Part shown: piece after piece, positions 50,121 to 63,631 of the stretch
How the letters are laid out: the number at the start of each line of letters is the position of its first letter
How positions within the stretch are numbered: the stretch's first letter is position 1
Source: Octopus bimaculoides
Taxonomy: Eukaryota
DNA length: 64,000 bases
Direction: 5' to 3'
Assembly (NCBI RefSeq): GCF_001194135.2
Contig: NC_068983.1
Span: forward strand, 155,624,647-155,688,646
The notes under the pieces: generated by a model
Told to the model about the DNA's origin: nothing
Seen by the model: only the letters and a program-made list of their open reading frames with translations
The model's database searches: none
Position numbers and translations under genes: made by a program

Positions 50121-52400
50121 GCTGCAACCAGAGATTATCTGCTCGATTGTCTCAAGATGCTCTCTGTAAAGGCGACATAATGAGCCGCTTTTATGTTTCA
50201 GAACACTATTATGGTAATCCCTAGTTGGAAAGGACTGGTCCTGAACAGGAAAGGTATATACACTCTACCCACATTTTCTGGTTTCAGACCAGAGCACGAC
50301 AACTTTTGATCCATATCAGGGTCCCTGATTGTAGTCGGGTAATTCCCATAGCCTTTGCTCTCATTTCCCCTTAACATATTTGAAGCTGGTTTGTTTGGCT
50401 ATGGTTGTTGGAATCTCAATTCTTAGTTACTGGTTCTAGTTACTGGCATTTCTCGGAGGTATATTTTCGTGTTTGTAGTCACCGAATGAAAGGTTTTGGT
50501 ATCTTCATGTTTCAGAACCAGCTCTAACATCCTGTCCTTTGCTTGTAGCAGGTAGACAGGAAGTCCCATGGCTTCAGTTTTTAATGTGAATTGAGATTGT
50601 AATAACTCATGACGGCCTTCTTTTCTCGGAAGGTGTATTCGGTGTGTGTCTGCTTTTAGGTGATGCGTACGATGCATTATCATCAGTTTTCATATTTTGA
50701 TATCAACTTTATTGATCTCAGAGAGGGACCAGTTTGTAATATTGAAGTTGTATGTGGATAGAAGCATGGCCAATGTGTTTATGGCCTTAATTTTGTTTCT
50801 AGCATTCAACTCAGCTTTCGGAATGGCTCTTACTCTTCTGCACCACTCCTTCCTTATCTTTTCCCCCATTAATGAGTGTTTAATCCCATCTCCTTCGCAT
50901 ACTCCAAGACACTTATAACTGTCCTGGTGTCCTAATTCTTTTATCTCTACCTGCAGTGATGTTGCATATGTTTGCTAGTTTTTCCTTTATAAATGTAGCC
51001 TTAGCGCATTTGTAAAGCCCAATTTCCATTTTGATTCTATCACTAAACTGTTTGACTGTGTGTAGGAGTGCTTGTATTTGTTGGTAATTTTTTGTGATCA
51101 GTTTCAAGTCATCCTCTAGCAGATGATTAACTGTTTTTCCATACGCCCTGTATCCATAACGTGTTTCATTCAGAAGTTTACTTTGAGGAAACAGTGTTAA
51201 GCAGTGTTAACACAGGAGATAATGAGTTTCACAGAAAGATTCCACAAGCAATATTCAGTTGTCCAACGTGCATATTTGTCGTGTTAGCGTTGAGAACTAA
51301 TATCGTTTTCCAGTGTGAGATACAAAATGTCTGATTACTGGTGAAATTTTGAACATCGCCAAGCGTTTCTTTAACGAGTTATCAGGAAGACGATCAAAGG
51401 CTTTCATGTAATTTATGCCGGCTACTGAGAGATGTTTTTTTCTCCCTATTGTGGCAATCTTCAAAAATCATTTTATTGATTAAAAGTTGATCGCTGCATC
51501 TATAAGACCCACGTTTACATCCTTTTTATTCATCGAGGAAGAAGCTGTTGCCGATGAGAAAAATCATATGTGCATTCCATTAGGAGATGTGTAAGGGTTC
51601 GTACATTGTTGTAAGGTATTCTATGGGTTCGCAATCCTTAGGGCTTTTGTTTCATGATTTTTGTGGGGAGCAAAGATGTAGTAACATTGGCCAGCCATTC
51701 TGGGGTCGTCTGCGGTTCATTTATAATTTCGCTGTAACAATTTAGTTTCTTGTGTCTATTTGTAAACACATTGAGAAAATAACTTACGGTCTTATCCATA
51801 ACAAGCGACTTCCATTTACTGGACATTATTTAAAGGCTGTTTGAAATTTACACTTAGCTATTTTCCTATTTACTCTTCTAAAAGCTCAGAATCTTTATTT
51901 TGTCTATTAATCCACGAGGCACCATAATTGTGCTCATTTTCATCTGCCGAAACTTTCCTCCAGAACAGTATTTTATGCTCTGAAAGTACTTCTATATTGA
52001 TGGTATTCATTCCAATATGCCTATAGAAACTTTTGGGGTTATTTTTTAAATATGCTATTATCTTTGAAAAACCTGGATCGTCATTCAAGGTACACTTTTA
52101 TTTTATCTTCTCCACTACTTCACCAAATTGGTCTTCGGACTTCAATTTGTTCTTTTTCATGATCTTTCTCTCCTTAGATAGCTTTATATTATAAACGTTG
52201 TTTAAGTTTTAGCAGTGATTCAGAGAGCATCGATTTGTTTCTTGATTTTGTTTCTTGCCACGTTGGTCTCTTATAAGGATTTGCCACTCTCTCTTTTCAG
52301 TTTCCGCCGTACATTTTGGTGCAGGCTGTAGCAGCAGCATGGAGTACCTCATAATAAGGGACATAACTCCGGGATAAATAACACCAAGAAACTACACCAA
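50120..52400 (-). mobile_element. Long decayed R4/Dong-clade LINE (N-terminal region, RT, thumb, start of zinc finger)
   Basis: LLNETRYGYRAYGKTVNHLL.EDDLKL; GLYKCAKATF; HHLKADTHRIHLPRKEG; LCRLYREHLETIEQIISGC. Confidence 0.85.
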
Positions 52401-52736
52401 GAAACTATCTCCACAGAAGGAATTTTATGCAATAACAGTTGTGAATTGGAAAGAAAACTTGGCAATAAATCTCAAGGAAATGATCTTTTAAAGCAAACCA
52501 AGTGGTAAAAACAAAGAGATTATTGTCTGATAAAGCAAAGTTTTTTCTATGCGTATTTTGGGGTGACACATGTGAAAAATAGAAATCAACATCAGGAACC
52601 TCGGGAGGAAAAGGAAAAAATAACTGGTTTGTGTGCAGTAATTACGTAAATTAATTACATATATATCCAAGTAAATATTTATAAACTACGTACACAAGTA
52701 AATATTTATAGAGTACATAAATAATGCTTACACGAT

Positions 52737-52791
<55 letters not shown>

Positions 52792-53223
52792 TGTCACAAG
52801 TAAAGCAAAACAAAACAACTTTCCATTAGAAAACACGGTGAGAAAATAACCACTGGATTTAAATCAACAATAGACTGACGGGCCCGAACACATATCTACC
52901 AGACAAAAAAAAAAAAAGAAAAAAGAAAAAATAGAAAAAATAATCTAGTTTCGTTCTGTAAGTCTCACGCGATTATGATGAGGAAAATATCTATTCAGAA
53001 GACTAAGAAACGATGTTTTCTTTAAAAAATTAAACTCTAGACAGACACACACGTCTCCTCATGTCAACGTTGTGTTAATGGAAACAAGCCACAACCGGGT
53101 GGACGAACGCCGTGCCTTTCATCCTTCCATGGTCGATAAAATAAATACCAACTGAACACTGGGGTCGATGTAATTGATTCATCTCCTCTCCTAAAATTGC
53201 TGTCATTGTGACAAATTTGAAAC

Positions 53224-53284
<61 letters not shown>

Positions 53285-53564
53285 GTTCAGTAGTTTTATT
53301 TTTATAACGTGCTTTCACTTCACTACCGAGCGCAGCTCTGTGCGCCTTGGGTATGTGCTGTGGTTTGCTGTGGTGCTCTTATGTTTACTGTATTGAAAGT
53401 GTTTTGCGTAGAATGTGTGCAGTACCCAGTAGTGCAATTTTCTGTATGTTATATATATTTGTAAGTCCTGGTATTTTTGTTATGTATTTGTCTGAATATT
53501 TTTTTATTATACCTAAGGCACCTACTATGAGAGGAATTGTTTCTGTTTTTAGATTCCACATTCG
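53285..53564 (-). mobile_element. R4/Dong-clade LINE 3' end, near-identical to 49309-49590
   Basis: MWNLKTETIPLIVGALGIIKKYSDKY...ILRKTLSIQ*; (AAT)n on both sides. Confidence 0.9.
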
Positions 53565-53633
<69 letters not shown>

Positions 53634-53699
53634 GTTGTTGTTGTTGTTGTTGTTGTTGTTATTATCATCATCATTATCATTATTATTATTATTATTATT

Positions 53700-54221
53700 G
53701 AGTGAGAGAGCAGTGTATGCCATCAAAGTAACACTAGGGTAAAATATACGAAGCCCAGTATACCCGTCTGATAAGGGTATGCAAGGAACATGCATCACAG
53801 CCATATGTGCGCGACATGGTGATCTCATATCAAGATAAATAGCGCATGACCTCGCAGGTGGGGGCCCAGTTAGAATTTTCTTCAGGTTAAGTAGCCCATC
53901 CCGCTCAAAAGGTCCTTGAATAAGGTTTGTTTAAGGATGTTGAACGAAACACCCATGTTTCCAGGGCTGAATTATTCAAATCCCAAAGAATTCCTCTCAA
54001 CACATGGCGATGATACTCCCCCACTACTTCTGCTCATGATCAGAGATACACGTATCGTCAGTCACCAAGGGACATGCTCAACTGGTTAAAGTCAAACAAC
54101 TGACAAGCAAATCTGTGGTATTAAGCAGAATATTTGCTGTAGCTCATCTTTTTATACCAAGACAGAACAATGTACATGATAACACTTCCAATCAGTTAAG
54201 ATGAGAAGCCATGAGAGCCAC

Positions 54222-54222
<1 letters not shown>
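53700..54222. mobile_element. Non-coding repeat E (about 520 bp) bounded by (ATT)n
   Basis: Unique block between (ATT)n tracts; partial second copy at 49127-49269; no obvious A/B boxes. Confidence 0.6.
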
Positions 54223-54313
<91 letters not shown>

Positions 54314-54353
54314 TTATTGTTGTTGTTGTTGTTGTTATTATTATTATTAATAC

Positions 54354-55260
54354 TGTTCAACATTTAGTAATTTCAGGCAAATTTCTACTACATCACTGCT
54401 ACTCCACCTTGTTGGTCGGGTGTGTGCAGCATTGTGTGTTCTTTCCAAGTATTACATTGCCTTCGTTTTTTTCTCTTGAGGGGTGGTGCAGTCTTTTGTT
54501 GTATTACTGCTTCTATTGTGTGCTGGTTGTGTAATGCATTAGTTATCTGGCTTGCATGTCGAAGCGTATTTCACTGGATAATTGCTGTATAAAGTGTGTT
54601 TTGTGTTTCTGGGTTGTTTTGTATGGGTTGTATTAGTGAATCGATAGTGTTGTGCGTGGGATGTGGGCTGTTCCTAGCAGGACTATTTTTGGACGGTGTG
54701 TAGTGTTGAGAATCCTGGTACAGCTTCTACGTTTTTCTACGGCATATCCCAGATGATTGTGGCCTGGTCATTGTCTCGTACCTTGTTTGGCACATGATTA
54801 TACCATCCATTGTCAGTTTTAATGCTGTAGTGTTTGTTGGTATATTGTCCAGTGGATATAACCAATCACTCGGTCGTGTATACACACACACACACACACA
54901 CATATATATATTCAAATTTAGCAAGGAATGGGCAACCAGACATGATGTGGTCAACTGTCTCATTGCGCTGGTTGCACATTCTGCATTCGTTGTTAGGGCT
55001 TGTTTTCATTATTTTGCTTTGAAAATTGTTCGTAGTCAGGCATTGGTCTTGTGCAGCGAGAATCGGTCCTTCCATTTCAGCTTTTAGGCCAGAGCAATCA
55101 CTAAAGGTTGACAAAATCATTGAGGATGATTCAAGGATTGCATAAAAAAAGCGTTTAAAAAGAAAAATATGCCAGCCACACAAAACGAGGGTCATCACTT
55201 GAGCCATTTTCGCCGCTTTCATCTATCTTTTAACAAATTTGCTGGGAGACAGTATTTCCT
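54354..55260 (-). mobile_element. R4/Dong-clade LINE 3' fragment (different subfamily), internally deleted
   Basis: GLKAEMEGPILAAQDQCLTTNNFQSKIM...CRMCNQRNETVDHIMSGCPFLAKFEY; ends in (AAT)n. Confidence 0.85.
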
Positions 55261-57813
55261 TTTCCAGCCTTCATATCCATTTCAAGTAAAAAGATTAATG
55301 GATTGGCCAAAAAGATCTTGAGCTCTTTCAATTTTGATCAGCACATAAACTCTTTTTGTGAAAGCCAGCAGACAGAAAAAGCCTGCCAGTTCCTCCTGGC
55401 TAAGCTAGACAAAGTGAATTAGGATATGTAAAATACGCTTACAGATTACGAAGGCAGAGAGTAAGAGATACTATACAATATATTGAAAGACGCATTTAAA
55501 ATATTAAACAACCACGCGCACACGCACTCACAAGCACACACATACACATATCAACATCATTTTCCACTACCATATTTTTCTCACTTACATCCACTTTTTA
55601 ACTTATGCACACTCATACACGCATACATGTATACATACAAATGAATACATAAACACATACATATTTACATAGCAAAAATGAAAAGTACAATGAAATACAA
55701 TAATTAAAACCAGATATAGTTAAAGGAAATAAAACATGAAAGATTACTGCTTGGGCTATATTTAGGGCAATCCAAAATCCCGTTCGAGTGGAGCCAAATG
55801 CACTTGTATATATTTTTCTAGACATTTGGTGTTCGAAAATATTAAAACCTTGAAGTTATTCTCTTTTAAGTTTGATGTTAATTTCTTAATTTAAATTTTA
55901 CGATAATACTCTACCATGTTTTTTTAGCGTCTGATTTTAACTCTCTTTAGTGTTATTCTATTTTCTTTGGAAAATTCGTGTTACAAGGCAGGAGTAATTT
56001 TATTTCTTATCTTGTTGATTTGTTTTCGAAGAATGGTGTACTGTACTTTAGCTGTGCTCTTCTCCCTTTTTTTTATAATCCTGAGGTGTAATTCCATTGA
56101 TATTTAAAAGAAATTGTTACCCCCACCATTATTTTCATTGTTTTACTCTGAGTCAATTTTTGCTAAATCGACAGGGTGCACCAACATATAATATTTTATG
56201 GTTTCTCCTATTTTTACTTTTGATTATTTTACGAAGTTATTGGAACTTTTCAGAATATATACTTGAAGAGAAGGCCTCTTATAATTTAGAGAAAAATCAT
56301 AAAAACTTCATCTGTAGGCATGTAAAATAATCTTAGAGAAAATTTTTTGTCTAAATGTTTAACTGGAAAACTAACGAATATATTTTTAAAACACACTGGA
56401 CCATTCGAAATGTTTCGGGTAATAATAAGGAAATTTACAATAACGATATTTGTTTTATAGTGACAGAAATATCATATATTGAAAGAAGTGATGTGTTGTT
56501 TTCTTATCGTATTAATTTTTTATACATTTTTGTTGTGAGTTTATATTTATGATTGTGACCAAATCAACATTGCAGTAATAAAAGAAAAACTTTTGATCAC
56601 AGGTAATTTCTTTTCTTTCTTTTTTTCCTGGTTAAGGAAAGGGAATGTAACAAAATCCGTCTCATCAAGAGATTCACTAGTTCCTATGCTGACGTCAAAA
56701 GTTAGTCTAAAATCATCAAAGGTGACTAATACTTTCTGGCTAATAAAATTATGCCAATATCTGACTGGTCAATATGCGTAATTGATTTTGCAAAATCAAT
56801 AGATTTGTTACATGTGTCAAGCTGATTGAATTTAGAATAATTTTTATGAGGATAGATTTAAACGAGTTTATTAAAGCTTGGGTATTTCGCCCAGAGATTA
56901 AGTTGAGTCGCCTTGAAGAAGGTATAATCCTGTCATGTATCATTGTGTGAAGATGACAATACCTAAATTTGGTTGCATCAATACGGCAAAAATGAAAGGC
57001 CTCGATTAAAATCTGTTCAATGATCACTAAATGTTTTGAGAGCAGGGACTCAGTTGGGCCATTGGTCTGTAGTGTAGTCTGTTTATTACTTACATGCTAA
57101 TATATATATATATATATANNNNNNNNNNNNNNNNNNNNNNNNNNNNNNNNNNNNNNNNNNNNNNNNNNNNNNNNNNNNNNNNNNNNNNNNNNNNNNNNNN
57201 NNNNNNNNNNNNNNNNNNNNNNNNNNNNNNNNNNNNNNNNNNNNNNNNNNNNNNNNNNNNNNNNNNNNNNNNNNNNNNNNNNNNNNNNNNNNNNNNNNNN
57301 NNNNNNNNNNNNNNNNNNNNNNNNNNNNNNNNNNNNNNNNNNNNNNNNNNNNNNNNNNNNNNNNNNNNNNNNNNNNNNNNNNNNNNNNNNNNNNNNNNNN
57401 NNNNNNNNNNNNNNNNNNNNNNNNNNNNNNNNNNNNNNNNNNNNNNNNNNNNNNNNNNNNNNNNNNNNNNNNNNNNNNNNNNNNNNNNNNNNNNNNNNNN
57501 NNNNNNNNNNNNNNNNNNNNNNNNNNNNNNNNNNNNNNNNNNNNNNNNNNNNNNNNNNNNNNNNNNNNNNNNNNNNNNNNNNNNNNNNNNNNNNNNNNNN
57601 NNNNNNNNNNNNNNNNNNNNNNNNNNNNNNNNNNNNNNNNNNNNNNNNNNNNNNNNNNNNNNNNNNNNNNNNNNNNNNNNNNNNNNNNNNNNNNNNNNNN
57701 NNNNNNNNNNNNNNNNNNNNNNNNNNNNNNNNNNNNNNNNNNNNNNNNNNNNNNNNNNNNNNNNNNNNNNNNNNNNNNNNNNNNNNNNNNNNNNNNNNAT
57801 ATATATATATATA

Positions 57814-59057
57814 CAGGGGCTGGACAAAATAATGGAAAACCCTTAAAATTTCAAACAAATTTATTCTAATACGAGGTAGGACAGCCTTTGGCAGTAATTA
57901 CAGGTTGAATTCTACGAGCTATGGACTCGTACAAAGTATGAATTGTTTCCAAAGTAATTTTTGTCCATTCTTCAGCTAAAACAGTCTCCAGTTCTTATAG
58001 TGACTCCTTACCTTTTTCCTAAAATGCACCATAAATGTTCAATAATATTATGATCTGGGGACTGTGATGGACAGATAAGATGTTTAACTTCACTAGAATG
58101 GTCCTCATACCATTCAGTAACAACATTAGCTGTGTGAATTGGTGCATTATCATCCTGATAATGCACAATTCAGCAACCAGAGGATGAATTTAGTCAGACA
58201 AAATGCTTAAATAATCTTCAATATTAATTCTGTCATGAAGGAAAACCATTGGGCCGGGGATTTAACAAGATATAGCCCCCACCAGACCATCACAGATCCT
58301 CCTCCATATTTAACAGTTAGACGAAGGCAGTCTGGGCCAAATGCTTCTTTTGGCTGTCTCCACACATATACTCGGCCGGTGCTCGGAAATAAGGTAAAGG
58401 ATGACTCGTTCGAGAAAATAACATTTTTTCACTGCTCTACCGACCAATCCCGTAGGTTTTTACTCCACTCTAAACGCTTTGCAACCTTTGTTTTTACATG
58501 TCGTGGTTTTCTATTTGCAGCCCTCCCATGAAATCCGGCTTTGTGCAGCTCCCAGCAAACAGGTTTTGTGGAAAGTGAGTTCTCGAGGTGGCGCATTAAG
58601 CTCTGCAGTAATTTTAGGAGCTGTACTTTTGTGATCCTTTCTAACAATTCGCGTAAACATCCGAAGGTCCCTATCTGAAGGTTGTGGTTTTCTTCTGGGG
58701 TTTTGTTTCGACGAGGAGGTTTATCCCTCTTTTTCAAAGGCTATCATTACTTTTGAGACAACGCTTCTTGATACACCAAACATTTCGGCAGTTATCGTTA
58801 CGCTAGCGCCTGCCATAGGAGCACCAACAATTTGACCTGTTTGAAAGTCCGATACATCTGTCATTTTAATGAATTTTAATTACCTGTTTCTGATGATATC
58901 TGAGAGAAAAAAAATAGAAATTTTAGTGAAACATATTAAACAACACTAATAATAAATCAAAAAACATAAAAATAAACAAGCTTTTGATAGTTTTATAGAT
59001 ATTTCAAAATTATGATGCTATGATGCTAGGTGTTTCCATTATTTTCTCCAACCCCTG
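57814..59057 (-). mobile_element. Full-length Tc1-superfamily transposon, DD36E (Incomer-like), inactive
   Basis: 1244 bp, TIRs of about 26 bp CAGGGG(C/T)TGGA(C/G)AAAATAATGGAAA, TA on both sides; ATG at 58864 MTDVSDFQTGQIVGA; QDDNAP...36 aa...E at 58151 to 58038; premature stops; first D replaced by N. Confidence 0.93.
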
Positions 59058-59923
59058 TATGTATATATATATATATATATATATNNNNNNNNNNNNNNNN
59101 NNNNNNNNNNNNNNNNNNNNNNNNNNNNNNNNNNNNNNNNNNNNNNNNNNNNNNNNNNNNNNNNNNNNNNNNNNNNNNNNNNNNNNNNNNNNNNNNNNNN
59201 NNNNNNNNNNNNNNNNNNNNNNNNNNNNNNNNNNNNNNNNNNNNNNNNNNNNNNNNNNNNNNNNNNNNNNNNNNNNNNNNNNNNNNNNNNNNNNNNNNNN
59301 NNNNNNNNNNNNNNNNNNNNNNNNNNNNNNNNNNNNNNNNNNNNNNNNNNNNNNNNNNNNNNNNNNNNNNNNNNNNNNNNNNNNNNNNNNNNNNNNNNNN
59401 NNNNNNNNNNNNNNNNNNNNNNNNNNNNNNNNNNNNNNNNNNNNNNNNNNNNNNNNNNNNNNNNNNNNNNNNNNNNNNNNNNNNNNNNNNNNNNNNNNNN
59501 NNNNNNNNNNNNNNNNNNNNNNNNNNNNNNNNNNNNNNNNNNNNNNNNNNNNNNNNNNNNNNNNNNNNNNNNNNNNNNNNNNNNNNNNNNNNNNNNNNNN
59601 NNNNNNNNNNNNNNNNNNNNNNNNNNNNNNNNNNNNNNNNNNNNNNNNNNNNNNNNNNNNNNNNNNNNNNNNNNNNNNNNNNNNNNNNNNNNNNNNNNNN
59701 NNNNNNNNNNNNNNNNNNNNNNNNNNNNNNNNNNNNNNNNNNNNNNNNNNNNNNNNNNNNNNNNNNNNNNNNNNNNNNNNNNNNNNNNNNNNNNNNNNNN
59801 NNNNNNNNNNNNNNNNNNNNNNNNNNNNNNNATATACACGCACATACACACACTCATACACACACATGCACACACACACATATCAGTGCCTCTAAATATA
59901 TGAATGTGCAACATTCTCTGTCC

Positions 59924-59954
<31 letters not shown>

Positions 59955-60403
59955 CATATACTTGTGTTTGAATATGCTCCTGTGTTTGTGGTCGTCTTTT
60001 TGTAGGTTATTATACATACTAAATATGTTTGTCGATGCGACTGTGTACGTAATGTGTTTGTCTGTTTTAGCAAAAATGATGGATTTGTCGTATTATTGGT
60101 TTAATATCTTTCTATAAACCACACGAAACTCTTACCGCTTCACCCTTACGACTATGCTTCCCCCCTTTCCAACATCGTCACCGTAAGTAACAACAACAAT
60201 AACAACAAAAACAACATTAGCTACACACCCAAACCATTACCGACACAACAACAATCATATCATCAACATAGAAGAAAATATCAAATTTGGCCACTACAAA
60301 ATAAACATGTTGTCACCTCCTTCCTCATACAAACACAACTGCAAGCAATTAACTCAATAACCTTTAACCTTTCTACCATCAACTCCACCAACAAATAAAC
60401 ATT

Positions 60404-60423
60404 TAATAATAATAATAATAATG

Positions 60424-60469
<46 letters not shown>

Positions 60470-60499
60470 CAAAAATAATAATCATAATAATAATATGAA

Positions 60500-60575
<76 letters not shown>

Positions 60576-60744
60576 AAGAAGAAGAAGAAAGCGAAGAAGG
60601 GGAAGAAGAAAGCGAAGAAGGGGAAGAAGAAGAAAAAGGAGAAGAAGAAGAAGAAGAAGAAGAAGAAGAAGAAGAAGAAGAAGAAAAAAGAAGAAGAAAA
60701 AAGAAGAAGAAAAAAAAAAAAAAAAAATAATAATAATAATGATG

Positions 60745-60807
<63 letters not shown>

Positions 60808-60810
60808 TGT
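60404..60810. repeat. Compound (AAT)n/(AGT)n/(AAG)n/(AAT)n microsatellite
   Basis: Direct inspection. Confidence 0.95.
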
Positions 60811-61687
60811 ACAATAACATAAACAGCAACAACATCTGCAACTTAAGACCAAATCTCTATGAAGAGTAAACTCAATAATAAAGTAACAAAGTCGAACTAA
60901 TCTTGTCTGAGTCGGTCAACGGAAATGGCAAACACCAACTTCCACCACTATTCTTTCACTGTTATTTCATACCTCTATCCATCTTTCTTACCACCATTTT
61001 GAACATTTTCATTTTCATCATTATCGACAACCTGAACAACAACAACAACAACAATAACAATGACAACGCTGACAACAACGTTAACAATAGAAAAACAAAC
61101 ACTACACAAACAACTATAACAAGAGATTACAATATAAAAAAATTGCAAGCCATTAACAACATATATACATATATATGTATGTATATATATATATATATAT
61201 ATATAGGCACACACACGCACACACACATACAAACAAACACACACACACAAATACAAACACCAACACACACACATGTTCTTTTTTTTTTTATCAACTTTGA
61301 CCTTTATCATCATTCATCTCGCATTACAGCCACATTCACCACCATTCCACAACTATATCTGCAACACCGTCACTCGCAATCGATATCACCATCATCACCA
61401 TCTCCACAGACTTCCACATAATTATAACAAAATGTAGCATTTGCTAGAAGCACAATGCAGAAGATGAGGGAAGCGCAAAATAGCAGCTAAATCATTTTTA
61501 AATCACACTTTACCGTCTGGCACAGTGTAGGATACTTTGTTAATGTAAACTTAGAATTAAAAAAAGACCTCTTGGGCACGGTTGGTCAGCTTCACATTAT
61601 AGAGCATCTAATTTAGAAGTGACCATGGCCAAGACAACAATACCATTGCAGCTCATAAAGTTATTAATCTCTACATCTCTATAAGGT

Positions 61688-61898
61688 AGCTAAATGGCAG
61701 AAACGTTAGCACGCCGGGCGAAATGCTTTGCGGTATTTCGCCTGTCTCTACGTTCTGAGTTCAAATACCACCGAGCTCGACTTCGCCTTTCATCCTTTCA
61801 GGGTCGATAAATTAATTACCAGTTGCGTACTAAGATCGATGTAATCGACTGGATTCCTTCCCAAAAATTTCGGGCCTTGAGCTTAGAGTAGAAAAGAA
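61688..61898 (+). mobile_element. SINE family B
   Basis: GGCAGAAACGTTAGCACGCCGGGCGAAATG...GAGTTCAAAT...GTAGAAAAGAATA. Confidence 0.85.
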
Positions 61899-61997
61899 TA
61901 TCTACATCTTTATAGCGAAATACGAGCATATCAACAGGAATATGGACACAATCAGTATCTCCTAATACAATAACGAGCGTAGAGTTTTTATATGTAT

Positions 61998-62038
<41 letters not shown>

Positions 62039-63267
62039 CATATATATATATATATATAACAATTAGAAAATGGAGGATAATATGCTGAACCCAACTACTT
62101 GCAGACGGTGTATCCTGTTGAATTCATTAAATTAATTCATAGCAAAAGTGACAAAAAAAGAAAGAAAAAGAAACAAAGAACCGAAGCACAGGTGTCTATG
62201 GCAGACTATGTTATTTTGCCCTTTTTTTGTCACTCTTGCTATGANNNNNNNNNNNNNNNNNNNNNNNNNNNNNNNNNNNNNNNNNNNNNNNNNNNNNNNN
62301 NNNNNNNNNNNNNNNNNNNNNNNNNNNNNNNNNNNNNNNNNNNNNNNNNNNNNNNNNNNNNNNNNNNNNNNNNNNNNNNNNNNNNNNNNNNNNNNNNNNN
62401 NNNNNNNNNNNNNNNNNNNNNNNNNNNNNNNNNNNNNNNNNNNNNNNNNNNNNNNNNNNNNNNNNNNNNNNNNNNNNNNNNNNNNNNNNNNNNNNNNNNN
62501 NNNNNNNNNNNNNNNNNNNNNNNNNNNNNNNNNNNNNNNNNNNNNNNNNNNNNNNNNNNNNNNNNNNNNNNNNNNNNNNNNNNNNNNNNNNNNNNNNNNN
62601 NNNNNNNNNNNNNNNNNNNNTATATATATATATATATATATATTTGTCCAGAATTACGGTGGAGGTGGAGGAGAGAAAAGAGTAATTCAGTGAAGGAGAA
62701 GTAGTGAGAGTAATAGTCCTGACTGCAAGGGAGTAAGAGAGAGTAATAGCAATGAGAGAAGGGAAGGGGTGATAGATGAATAAGGAAGGAAGTGGTGAAA
62801 AAAAATCAGCGTTTCAACTCTGTGTGAGTATATGCGTATGTGTGTGCGTGTACAAGGGAAGTACGTGTGATTATTATGTACTTTATTTTGTACCTTATTT
62901 ATATATAAAATACTACAATTAACCCTCATAATTGACGGCACGTGGTCAGCTAGTCAATAATAAAATTCATCACAAACTAAATGTGTGTTCTTTGCTCGAC
63001 TTGCTAAATTTGATAGACAAATCTTTAAAACAACGTCTCAAATTCTGAATAAAAAATTATATGCATTGTGGTTGTTAATATGTTTTGGGAGGTAATATAC
63101 TTCAGAAGTTAATATGAAGCGAAAATGAATATAATGTTAAACCAGTACCATGGAGCGATTGGCAGGACATGTGTTGAACCTCGGTTGAACATAAGAAAGT
63201 TTAATAACGCGCGGCCAGTCCAGAGTTATAAATCCATCGTTAAACATCATACTCATTCGCTAGAATA

Positions 63268-63472
63268 TTTTCATATTTTCGCACAAGGCTAGCAATTTCA
63301 GGGTAGGGATTACATTGACCCCAGTGATTCAACTAGTACTTACTTTATCGACCTCGAGAGACTGAAAAGCAAAGTCGATCTCAGCGGAATTTGAACTGAG
63401 AACGTTAAGACAAACGAAATACTGCTAAGCACTCTGCTCGGCATGTTAACCATTCTTCCAGTTCGCCGTCTA
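63268..63472 (-). mobile_element. SINE family B
   Basis: Reverse complement of the family B consensus. Confidence 0.8.
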
Positions 63473-63631
63473 TTGCATCTCCATCATTAATTGATTAAGT
63501 TCTTTGGTTTAATATGTGAAGCATGTTATTGTTTCCTTTACTATTAAGCTTTCACACAGCAGTCATTCTTAAGTATTTTCCACGTTGCTGCTGCTGCTGC
63601 TGCTACTACTACTACTACTACTACTCTCTTA

